The notes below the pieces were generated by a model. The model was not told where the DNA came from. It ran no database searches and saw only the letters and a list, made by a program, of their open reading frames with translations. DNA of 64,000 nt from Ranitomeya imitator (lineage: Eukaryota), in contig NC_091291.1 in assembly GCF_032444005.1 (NCBI RefSeq), positions 135,098,001 through 135,162,000 of the forward strand, in the 5' to 3' direction. A program made the translations under genes and the position numbers. Below are positions 1 through 11,120 of this stretch, one piece after another (the first letter of the stretch is position 1; every line of letters begins with the position of its first letter).

Positions 1-639
1 TTTATTATAAACATGGAATAATAATAAAAAAATGCAAAATTAAAAAGTATGTATTAAGAATAAAAAATGTTCTTTTACTAAAGGGTTAAGGAGAATCCTC
101 TGGGCGTGGACGATTCTTTTGTCCTGACTCATTCTGACGGAAAGTGAAAGCGAAGGGTTTTCCTCCAGCTCCAAGAAGCAGGCGACCACGTAAGTTTAGT
201 TTGGATTGTGGACTATGACTTTTTTTTAGTTAAATGAGGGGTGGGAGTGTGTGATTGTATATGAACTACAACCCCCAGCATTGCACGCCTTACTATACAG
301 AGTTATGCCCTGAGATGTATTGTCATTGGACGTCAGGATCCCAGATACTGAACATCAGACCATTCGTAGTGCAGAATTCCCGCCAGTAAGGGATCAGCTG
401 TTCTGACGCCCGGGGCGGGGGGATGAGAATACGCCCCTAGACCTGTGAACTCCTGGAGTTTATTTTACCATGTGATGTTCTGAAAAAGAAGAAGAAAATT
501 CCAAATAAAGTGAAATAATGAAAAAATAAACGCAATTCCGACATTGTTTTAAGGTTTTATTCTTAGAGCCTTCATTGTATGATTCCCCAGGCTGTACGAT
601 TACAGCAATACTTGTGTTGTTTTTTGTTTTGCTTTTTAA

Positions 640-1230
640 CCCCCTCACAACATTAGATGTATATTTATGTCATAGGTTGGGTCCTTGCCTGTAATGCTGG
701 CTCGCACACACCTTTACCCGCACATGATGACTGATTTTATCAGCCATCATGTGCCTTTAACAGTGGCAGGTAGAGTGAAGCTCCACCCATTGCTGTTAAG
801 CAGTTAAATCCCTCTGTCAATCACTGAAAGCGGGATTTAACAAGCGCTGAGCGGAAGCACATCACAAATCGCTCCCATAGGCGCCTCTGTAAAGTGGCCG
901 ATGAATTAACATGACAGGGTCTGCTGAGGACACCCGTCCTTAACATGACAATCCTCCTGTGAACGCCGGCTCGCAGCCGTCATTCATAGGGGATCATGAT
1001 TTCTGCTACGTATAGTGCAAGTGATTAGATGATTGCAGCTTCAAGTCTCCTAAAATGATTAATAAATTCAGTGAAAAGAAAAAATAAAAGTTTTAAAAAA
1101 ATATGACAAATTTTTAAAGAAAAACGCAAAAGTTCAAATCACCCCCCCACTTTTGCCCCATTAAAAAAATCACAATAATAAAAAATACACATATTTAGTG
1201 TCGCGGAGTTCGTAAAAGCCCATATTATTA
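640..1230 (+). mobile_element. 5' fragment of a piggyBac-type non-autonomous element
   Basis: TTAA at 636-639 followed by CCCC start. Internal motifs resemble the complete element at 11589-12860. No matching right end found. Confidence 0.4.
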
Positions 1231-1243
1231 CTGCCATATGTAT

Positions 1244-1887
1244 TGTAAGAAAAACAGATAGTACAGGGTTAAGTCCTAGCTTTGCAGAGTTTGATTATAT
1301 GCACCTGCCTAGCTTTTTACTACAACCGGGACCTGTGGTCAATAGATGTGTCAGTCTGCTGAAGAGAGAAGGGTCGAGTATGCAGCTGGTGAGTGACCAG
1401 CCAAAATGTGAGCTGTAGCTGAGAGATGTGTCAAGGTCTCTCTCTGAATAGAGACTGCATTGGGCAGCTAGAAAAGCTAAGCAGTCTGTGTGATGGAGCT
1501 GCAGAGTAACATGTGGGAGCTGCAGCCTGTTCAGTGTGAGCGGAGTTGAACACTTCTATTTAGCGCAGGTGCTCCGGCCAGAGGGCATGCTGAGACTGGT
1601 AGAATTGGACCTCTTCTGTCTAGGAAGTTTTCTCCTGGAGAAGGACTGTAATCTGTTCTGGTGAGCCCTCAGTGACATATGTGCTACTGAATGATCTGTT
1701 TATTTGCTCTGATACCTTTGTGCCCAGAAGAGGCTGTTTTTGGTTTTGAATCCCTTGGAGTTTTATGAAAGCAAAAAAAAACTGCACGTCTGGGCCAAAC
1801 CACATTACCTGTGTGATTGCCACCAAATGTCCACCTGACAGCGTGAATCGCTTCACTATATATACCGTAATTTTCTGCCACATTACA
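1244..1887. mobile_element. Possible solo LTR just upstream of the Myb/SANT gene
   Basis: Begins TGTAAG, ends ATTACA (short inverted TG..CA termini), 644 bp. No target-site duplication detected. Confidence 0.35.
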
Positions 1888-1967
1888 TAACCCATTTGTT
1901 GCATCCCACAGGAAAAGAGTCACCAGTCTGTACCACAGCCATCAACAAAGCAGAACAGGGGGCAAGC

Positions 1968-2394
1968 ATGGCTCTCCCCGGGATCAGTGGAACAATCACA
2001 ATACAAACACCCAAGAAAAAAAGAGAAAGGTTTAGTGATGCCGAGAACCAGAAACTTCTAGACACAATCATAACGCATGTTGAGAAACTCTTTGGACCTA
2101 AACCAGTCAACGCATCTGGCAGAGCGGCCATCTGGGATGAGGTGGTGAAGGGGGTTAATAAAGTAGGTGGCATGAGGCGCACAGTCCAAGAATGCAAGAA
2201 GCGATGGCATGACTATAGGAGGAAAATCAAGCAAGTTATTGATAATTTGAAGGAGCAGTCTTGGATGGGTGGCCCGACGGTGCCTCTTTCCGATGTCTTA
2301 ACCAAACGGCAGCTAAGGGTCGCTCAGTTTTTTAAATTGGATGCCAGTGACGCCAAAAGAAATAAAACGCATCAAGAATCTTCATCGGATATCG
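1968..2394 (+). CDS. Myb/SANT-like DNA-binding protein (Harbinger Myb-like/MSANTD type), coding exon 1 of 2
   Basis: ATG in AGCATGG context after acceptor cccacag (1911). Encodes RERFSDAENQKLL..AIWDEVVKGVN..RTVQECKKRWHDYRRK, the Myb/SANT-like tryptophan pattern. Phase-1 donor G|GTAAAT at 2394/2395. Confidence 0.8.
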
Positions 2395-2452
2395 GTAAAT
2401 ATATCATAACATCCTCACTCATGGCCAAGGACAAACTATTGAAGTTATAATG

Positions 2453-3589
2453 GCAGTATAATGGCCACCACACAGTGCTCCATACATTATAATGGCCACC
2501 ACACAGTGCTCCATACAGAATAATGGCACAACATAGTGCTCCATGCAGTATAATGTCCCCACATAATGCTCCATACAGTATAATGGCCACCACACAGTGC
2601 TCCATACATTATAATGGCCACCACACAGTGCTCCATACAGAATAATGGCACAACATAATGCTCCATACATTATAATGGCCCCACATAATGCTCCATACAT
2701 TATAATGGCCACCACACAGTGCTCCATACAGAATAATGGCACAACATAGTGCTCCATGCAGTATAATGTCCCCACATAATGCTCCATGCAGTATAATGGC
2801 CACCACACAGTGCTCCATACATTATAATGGCCACCACACAGTGCTCCATACAGAATAATGGCACAACATAATGCTCCATACATTATAATGGCCCCACATA
2901 ATGCTCCATACATTATAATGGCCACCACACAGTGCTCCATACAGAATAATGGCACAACATAGTGCTCCATGCAGTATAATGTCCCCACATAATGCTCCAT
3001 GCAGTATAATGGCCACCACACAGTGCTCCATACATTATAATGGCCCCACATAATGCTCCATACATTATAATGGCCACCACACAGTGCTCCATACAGAATA
3101 ATGGCACAACATAGTGCTCCATGCAGTATAATGTCCCCACATAATGCTCCATGCAGTATAATGGCGCCACATAATGCTCCATACATTATAATGGCCACCA
3201 CACAGTGCTCCATACAGAATAATAGCACAACATAGTGCTCCATGCAGTATAATGTCCCCACATAATGCTCCATGCAGTATAATGGCCACCACACAGTGCT
3301 CCATACAGAATAATGGCACAACATAGTGCTCCATGCAGTATAATGGCCCCACATAATGCTCCATACAGTATAATGGCCCCACATAATGCTCCATACATTA
3401 TAATGGCCACCACACAGTGCTCCATACAGAATAATGGCACAACATAGTGCTCCATGCAGTATAATGGCGCCACATAATGCTCCATACATTATAATGGCCA
3501 CCACACAGTGCTCCATACAGAATAATATCACAACATAGTGCTCCATGCAGTATAATGTCCCCACATAATGCTCCATGCAGTATAATGGC
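2453..3589. repeat. ~30-bp minisatellite (ataatggcc(a)ccacacagtgctccatac family), continuing at 4493-4700 and 5170-5300
   Basis: Directly visible tandem units. Source of the repetitive MEHYV/MEHCV pseudo-ORFs. A hAT-like end (gggccagagtttgagatatgtg) near 5610-5633 suggests the array is the inside of a decayed hAT element. Confidence 0.92.
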
Positions 3590-4492
3590 CAGTGGCGTAA
3601 CTACAAAGTTAGGGGCCCCGGTGCGAACTTCCAAATGGGGCCCCCCCCCTGCAGCCCTGCCATACAACTCAATGTAACCCCCATAGAATAATGGCCACAC
3701 ATGATGCTCAATACTGTATAACGGCCACCACACATGATGCTCCATACTGTATAATGGCCACACATGATGCTGCATACTGTATAACGGCCACACATGATGC
3801 TCAATACTGTATAATGACCCTCCTCCTGTATGCATGGCTCATCTCCCTCCTATCCCATATACATAGCTCATATTACCCCTCCTGTATGCATGGCTCATAT
3901 TCCCCCCTGCATGGCTCATATTCCCCCCTGCATGGCTCATATTCCCCCCTGCATGGCTCATATCCCCCCCTGCATGGCTCATATTCCCCCCTGCATGGCT
4001 CATATTCCCCCCTGTATGCAGGCTTAGCTCTCCGCTCCTGCTCGGCGCGCCGGCTTATGTCCTCCTTCATCCCCCCCCCCCCCGCCCTGTTCCCCCCGTC
4101 CCTCATACTCACCTGTCTTCCCACTGCACGGCCGTGCCGACATCCCTCGCGCTCTGTCCAGACTCCAGACGGCGGCGCCGGCGCAGCACCTTCTTCCTGC
4201 TTGAGCGGTCATGTGACACCGTTCATTAAGATCATGAATATGCGCATATTCATGATCTTAATGAGCGGTGTCACGTGACCGCTCAAGCAGGAACGAGCTG
4301 CAGTGCAGACGCCGAGACCATCGCTGGAGCAGGGTGAGTATTCAAGGCAGTGGCGGCGGCGGCGGGGAAGGGGGGGGGGGGAGGCCCTGGAGCGGGGGGA
4401 GGCACTGCCAGTCCGAGCCTGCCTGCCGGGCCCCTGACCTGCCGGGCCCGGTCGCACTGGCGACCGCTGCGACCGCGGTAGTTACGCCACTG
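3590..4492. mobile_element. Non-autonomous hAT element (903 bp) inserted in the minisatellite
   Basis: Perfect 15-bp TIRs CAGTGGCGTAACTAC / GTAGTTACGCCACTG. Perfect 8-bp TSD ATAATGGC (3582-3589, 4493-4500). Confidence 0.93.
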
Positions 4493-4803
4493 ATAATGGC
4501 CACCACACAGTGCTCCATACAGAATAATGGCACAACATAGTGCTCCATGCAGTATAATGGCCCCACATAATGCTCCATACAGTATATGCTCCATACAGTA
4601 TGTGCTCCACATAATGCTCCATACAGTATAATGGCAACCACACAGTGCTCCATACAGTATAATGACCCCACATATTGCTTCATAGAGTATAATTTGCCCA
4701 ACATACTACTCTATACAGTAAAATCAGAACCAGAAATGCATTGGCTACTTGCACATTGAACAAGTCTGTAGGAACCTGTTCACACACCACCAAGAAACTT
4801 GAA

Positions 4804-5154
4804 GACACAAAAGAGCACAGTGAGGTAAAAAATACTGTTGTAAAAAAAAAAAAATCACAGTAATAAGCAAGTGCTAGTCAAAAGACTAAAAAAAAAAAAA
4901 CGGTATTTAGTTGATACTTTTTTTTGCAAAAAAAATGTATACTAAGCTGCTCCACCAATCGTCAAGGTATACCCTTATAGACCATATTTGCTCTATATGG
5001 GTATACCTTGACGATTGGAGGAGCAGCTTAGTATACATTTTTCTGCAAAAAAACTTATCTAAATACCCTGTATTTTTTCAATCTTTTGACTAGCACTTGC
5101 TGTGATTTTTTTTTACAACGGAGTATTTTTGACCTCACTGTGCTCGTTTGTGTC
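4804..5154. repeat. Foldback (inverted-repeat) insertion with arms of ~155-170 bp
   Basis: Arm 4804-4974 is the near reverse complement of 4999-5154. The same sequence recurs uninverted from about 44797. Confidence 0.85.
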
Positions 5155-6251
5155 TATACAGTAAAATGTTCTACACACAGTGCTCCATACAGTATAATGG
5201 CCCCACATAATGCTCCATACAGTATAATGGCCCCACATATTGCTCCATACAGTATAATGGCCTCACATAGTGCTCGAAAAAGTATAATGGGCCCCACATG
5301 AAAAAAATAAATAAAAAAAATACTCATCTCAGCTCTTTCCCCCACTACTTCCGTCTCTTCATGATGTCTTCCGGGTGTCTTCCAATCCTCTGCACATCTT
5401 GGTACAGCGACGTCATCGTGCCCGCCCTGCTTAAGAAGTCATATGCAGAGGAGGAATGATGAGAGAGGGAGCGTCAGCTGATGCTCACTCCTCCATTATG
5501 GCTTTCAACTGTATTGTTCAAAGTGCGATGACCGGTGGGCCAAATATACTTAGGGCACCTACCGGGCCTCGTGGGCCAAATATACTTACTATGTGGGCCA
5601 GATTTGGTGCGTGGGCCAGAGTTTGAGATATGTGGATTAAATAATCTCTTAGGCTTATAAATAAGGATTTTTGGCCATATTGGTAATCCGTGACTCCCGG
5701 ACTAGAACCCTCTTCCTACCTGGCAGCATCGACCTCTTCTGATTTGTACGTCATAATTGCAGCCAGCATGATGTGGCACCAGGTGAACAAATCAGAGGAC
5801 ACACCAGGAACGCCGGTAGGTAGTAGGAGGTTCACCAAGATCAGTCCGTGGCAGTCGAACCTATCGACATGGCCGCTGGACTATGGCCCTGCAAATCTTT
5901 CTGCTCAACTAATAAATTTAATTTCTCTCCCCCCAAAAAGGTTGTACCCCTACTGATCACTTCCATCTTGACTCTTGACGTCCTAAACCTTAGCCAATTA
6001 TTTGTCCAACTGAAGACTGGGCAGTGGGGGGAGGCTCCTGCTGCAGTTATACATGGGTCAGTGAAAAAGACGAAGCGAGACAAGGCTGAGATCCTGAGAC
6101 CCAACAAGATTATTTTTTATATATTATCAATTCTAAAATGAGACACAATACAATTGAAAAGGAGATTAATGGACGAAGGGCAGGGATTTGTTTACTGTTT
6201 TTTAAAGCAATACACTATGCTAATCCATTACTTTGCATTTGTTTCCTTTAG

Positions 6252-6952
6252 GAGAATGTGTTTCATCTAATGACTCTGCGCTTTCCTCCACCTTTATCAT
6301 CGAGTCTGATGACGAAATAATGCCCAGCCAGAACAAACCCCTTCTGCCAATGACTTCCTTGCCAAGTACTAGTCATCAGGATAAGTTCATTTCTCAGTCT
6401 CACGAGGAGCCTCAGGCTGCGAAAGAAACAAGAGATCCTCCGAGCAATACCAAGGCAGCAGATAAGCCCATACCGCCATATACTGCCCCCGAGTCCCAAC
6501 TACTATTGGAGACCCAGATGGATCAGTTAGCGGCTCAGCAAAAGGATATGATGGAGGCGTTAAAAAGCATTCAGAAGACTGCAACCAAGAGTCTGAACGT
6601 CCAGAACAAAATGTACAACCTTGTAAAGGTCAGCTTTCTAGAGCTGCAGAAAACCCTTCTATCCGGTCAGAAGACGTCACGTGATCGCAGCGGGATCTTG
6701 GAACTCAGTCTGAACAGTCTCCACGCTAAACTAGACGAGATGAACAGCGCCCTCAGAGTCCAACAGCTTCAAGAAATGATGTCCAGTGATGAGTCAGAGC
6801 TGAGCGGCACCCAAGAGATCAGATCTACTCCTACCGCTGCGTACGCACCAGCAGCAAAGTCTACACCTACCAATACTCAAGCAAGGAAGAGGCCATCGGA
6901 CCAGTCCGCTTCACCGATGGATTCAATGAAAAAGAAAAAAATATCAAAATGA
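6252..6952 (+). CDS. Myb/SANT-like protein, coding exon 2 of 2 (S/T/P-rich linker, coiled coil, C-terminal KKKKISK)
   Basis: Acceptor tttcctttag at 6251, phase 1, in frame with exon 1 (427+701=1128 nt, 375 aa). Long open frame with heptad-like segments ending in TGA. Confidence 0.72.
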
Positions 6953-6959
6953 AAGTCAT

Positions 6960-7292
6960 TAAAAAAAAGGAGGGGATTAAGGATGGAATCACTGGAATAT
7001 ATTCATAAAAAAGGAGGGGATTAATGGTGGAAGTGCTGGAATATAATCATAAAAAAGGAGGGGATTAAGGATGGAAGTGCTGGGATATAATCATAAAAAA
7101 GGAGGGGATTAATGGTGGAAGTGCTGGAATATAATCATAAAAAAGGAGGGGATTAAGGATGGAAGTGCTGGGATATAATCATAAAAAAGGAGGGGATTAA
7201 GGGTGGAAGTGCTGGGATATAATCATAAAAAAGGAGGGGATTAAGGGTGGAAGTGCTGGGATATAATCATAAAAAAGGAGGGGATTAAGGAT
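6960..7292. repeat. 44-bp tandem repeat, ~8 copies, just after the Myb/SANT stop codon
   Basis: Unit cataaaaaaggaggggattaa(g/t)g(a/g)tggaagtgctgg(g/a)atataat recurs every 44 bp. Confidence 0.92.
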
Positions 7293-7342
7293 GAAAGTGA
7301 TGGAATATACATTTTTGTGCTTTTTCTGTATTTAGTGTATCT

Positions 7343-8141
7343 TTAAGGGGTTCTACAGGCAAAATAAAATTGTATCTGGCTCCTTGGTATGATAAAAAAA
7401 TAACAATATTCACCTCGGCACTCTCCTGGACGGAGCTTAGGTCGCTCAATGGTCTAGGTTCATGATTTGAGACATCACTGTTCAAGCAGCAGGACCGCTG
7501 CAGCTTGTGATTAGTCGCCAAAGTCAGGTGACTTCCGCAGTGCATCAAGATATCACCTGACCACTGCAGCCAATCATAGGCTGCAGCAGTCCTGCTGCTG
7601 CTTAAATGGGGACATCTCCCTACTGCGGTAAACACACTGTTTATCCAGTGTCAGGAGACAAGTATTGCATTGTTTGTTAGGTTTTAATATACCAAACTGT
7701 AGAGAAAACTTTCATTTTGCCCAAACAACCATTTTAAGGGGGTTGTCCACCTTTGGGGATATTTACAGAAAATGCATCTTTTTGAGGCCAATAATCATTT
7801 TTATAATTGGTTTATAACAAAAATGTTGCACCACTTACCTCTTATAACCTCAGTTTTTCATTACCTATCGCTCGCTGGTAAAGGAGTTAACTGAGGAGCC
7901 ATCAGTGAGCTTGTTCTGATGGGCCAACTAGAGTGTGCAGCTCTTTTATGGCTTTTTCTGAACTCCTCTCCGCTCTTTTATGACCACAGACATCAAAAAT
8001 TTGACAGGTGCAAAAAAGAAGGAATGTAAAAGCAAAAGTTGCAAATTACTTAACGAAACCCAAAGGCAAACTTTTTTAAATGTACTTTTGTTAAAAAGAA
8101 AAAAAAAAAAAAATGTCTCGATTGATGGACAACCCTTTTAA
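7343..8141. mobile_element. Two adjacent Kolobok/T2-type MITE remnants
   Basis: TTAA-GGGGTT starts at about 7343 and 7734. The second ends ggacaaccct-TTAA (8138-8141). Confidence 0.55.
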
Positions 8142-8628
8142 GTATCAGAGGTTATTTCTGGGTGGGTTAACATTGTATCTCCCAGCTTTACTTTTGTGGT
8201 GGAGGCAAACCTTGGACCCAAATACATTTTGGGACAGAAATCCACCGTACGTCGCTCCTACATAGATTAAGACAAATGCATTATTGGTCTGCACCAAAAG
8301 GAATAGATGCTTTCCGCCTACCAGCAGGGGGCCCCGTATAATTCAATGGCGTTATTCACACACATGGTGCAGAAACGGATCCGTATGTATGTATGCAAGA
8401 GTTGCAAGTCGGGTTAAAGAATAAAATCAGAACTTATCACCTTCCTCAGGTCCAGATTCAGTGTTGAGATATTAACGCTGCAGACAATCACTGAGCTTGG
8501 TGACTCCAGGTAGGGCATTTACAGATATAAAAGTTCCCATCATAGGGCCATTTCAGCTTTCCTCTGTATCGAGCAGTGAGTGAGACCAGCGACATCGTGT
8601 CTACAGCTACCTGCACGATCTGCAGATA

Positions 8629-10207
8629 CAGGTCCTTCTCAAAAAATTAGCATATAGTGTTAAATTTCATTATTTACCATAATGTAATGATTACAATTAA
8701 GCTTTCATATATTATAGATTCATTATCCACCAACTGAAATTTGTCAGGTCTTTTATTGTTTTAATACTGATGATTTTGGCATACAACTCCTGATAACCCA
8801 AAAAACCTGTCTCAATAAATTAGCATATTTCACCCATCCAATCAAATAAAAGTGTTTTTTAATAACAAACAAAAAAACCAACAAATAATAATGTTCAGTT
8901 ATGCACTCAATACTTGGTCGGGAATCCTTTGGCAGAAATGACTGCTTCAATGCGGCGTGGCATGGAGGCAATCAGCCTGTGACACTGCTGAGATGTTATG
9001 GAGGCCCAGGATGCTTCAATAGCGGCCTTAAGCTCATCCAGAGTGTTGGGTCTTGCGTCTCTCAACTTTCTCTTCACAATATCCCACAGATTCTCTATGG
9101 GGTTCAGGTCAGGAGAGTTGGCAGGCCAATTGAGCACAGTAATACCATGGTCAGTAAACCATTTACCAGTGGTTTTGGCACTGTGAGCAGGTGCCAGGTC
9201 GTGCTGAAAAATGAAATCTTCATCTCCATAAAGCATTTCAGCCGATGGAAGCATGAAGTGCTCCAAAATCTCCTGATAGCTAGCTGCATTGACCCTGCCC
9301 TTGATGAAACACAGTGGACCAACACCAGCAGCTGACATGGCACCCCACACCATCACTGACTGTGGGTACTTGACACTGGACTTCAGGCATTTTGGCATTT
9401 CCTTCTCCCCAGTCTTCCTCCAGACTCTGGCACCTTGATTTCCGAATGACATGCAAAATTTGCTTTCATCAGAAAAAAGTACTTGGGACCACTTAGCAAC
9501 AGTCCAGTGCTGCTTCTCTGTAGCTCAAAAGTGGCTTTACCTGGGGAATGCGGCACCTGTAGCCCATTTCCTGCACACGCCTGTGCACGGTGGCTCTGGA
9601 TGTTTCCACACCAGACTCAGTCCACTGCTTCCTCAGGTTCCCCAAGGTCTGGAATCGGTCCTTCTCCACAATCTTCCTCAGGGTCCGGTCTCCTCTTCCG
9701 TTGTACAGCGTTTTCTGCCACATTGTTTCCTTCCAACAGACTTACCATTGAGGTGCCTTGATACAGCACTCTGGGAACAGCCTATTTGTTGAGAAATTTC
9801 TTTCTGGGTCTTACCCTCTTGCTTGAGGGTGTCAATGATGGCCTTCTTGACATCTGTCAGGTCGCTAGTCTTACCCATGATGGGGGTTTTGAGTAATGAA
9901 CCAGGCAGGGAGTTTATAAAAGCCTGAGGTATCTTTTGCATGTGTTTAGAGTTAATTAGTTGATTCAGAAGATTAGGGTAATAGGTCGTTTAGAGAACCT
10001 TTTCTTGATATGCTAATTTATTGAGACAGGTTTTTTGGGTTATCAGGAGTTGTATGCCAAAATCATCAGTATTAAAACAATAAAAGACCTGACAAATTTC
10101 AGTTGGTGGATAATGAATCTATAATATATGAAAGTTTAATTGTAATCATTACATTATGGTAAATAATGAAATTTAACACTATATGCTAATTTTTTGAGAA
10201 GGACCTG
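8629..10207 (-). mobile_element. Near full-length Tc1-family DNA transposon (1579 bp)
   Basis: ~200-bp TIRs starting CAGGTCCTTCTCAAAAAATTAGCATA. TA TSD at 8627-8628 and 10208-10209. Confidence 0.96.
8907..9878 (-). pseudogene. Tc1 DD34E transposase, disrupted in the N-terminal half
   Basis: MGKTSDLT.. paired-like HTH, then FSDES, FQHDLAPAH and SPDLNPIENLW with 34 residues between the second D and the E. Frame broken near 9700 and near 9530. Catalytic domain still open. Confidence 0.93.
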
Positions 10208-10727
10208 TATTATGTGATGTGAACTGAGCTGGAATAAAGCTTTAAAGTCCCCCCCCCCCCTTCCCATTTCAATTTGTTTAAAAAAATAAAAAAAAAAACA
10301 CTTTACACTTTCCTCACCCTCCCCAGGTCCAATTCTGAGTCGCCACTCTACAGCCAATAACTGAGATCAGTGGCTCGGCCTGAGATGATGGGACGAGCCG
10401 CTGATCTCAATGACTGTCTGCAGCGCTGTTAATGTGTCGTCAGCACTGCAGAGAATAATACAGGCTGGAAGCAACGTCGGAGACTCATCGCTGGACCTGG
10501 GGAGGGTGAGAAGACCATAAATCACCTTACAACTTCTCTTGAAAGCAACCTCAGGAAGTCCTAATAAAGTAATCACATGAGCACCCAGGACATCATGATT
10601 TTATCGCAGGTATCTGCAGATTTATACAAAATATGAGAACAAAATTAAACGCAGGCGAACGGAGCAATCATCAGCACTGGAGCAGGAGGGAGTACAGTCA
10701 CGGGCAGGAGTCCGCGTCCATCGGTCA

Positions 10728-10892
10728 CTAAGTTCCTTTCTGTACGATCTGAGCGAAGCGATTGGTAATGGACAGGGTGGTGTCGATGAAGCGCTCCACG
10801 CAGCTCACCAGGCAGCCCTCCGTTCTGGAGTCCAGCTTTGTGCTCGGACGCTCCATACACTTGTCCCAGCACACGTCCATGAATTTGTGGAC
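10728..10892 (-). CDS. TIMM8B: Mitochondrial import inner membrane translocase subunit Tim8 B, exon 2
   Basis: VHKFMDVCWDKC..CLVSCVERFIDT twin CX3C motif. Acceptor tccctccag, stop TAG. Confidence 0.96.
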   Translation of the reverse strand, partial: VHKFMDVCWDKCMERPSTKLDSRTEGCLVSCVERFIDTTLSITNRFAQIVQKGT

Positions 10893-11120
10893 CTGGAGGG
10901 ACAAAAACAAAACAACACAGAAGTGATCAGACGTTCCTCATTTACAAGACGTCCATGAAGAAGAGGAGCACAAATTACGGTAATGTCACTGGGTATCAGT
11001 CATTTTCTATTGGGGTGGGACTGCTCCCCTGCGATCACTTTCCCCGTAACACCTTCTACATATATCTAACACTGCAAGTACTCTTATAGGGGGTTGTCCA
11101 ATATATTATATACATACACA

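Noticed and set aside
2372-3835. Long overlapping ORFs (up to 385 aa) with MEHYV/IILYGALC repeats
   Set aside because: Translations of a minisatellite that is open in several frames, with no protein-like complexity.
5690-6141. Possible extra middle exons of the Myb/SANT gene (acceptors at 5726 and 5940)
   Set aside because: Protein-like stretches switch frames and contain stops, and no convincing donor keeps phase. They may be decayed exons. The two-exon model is in frame without them.
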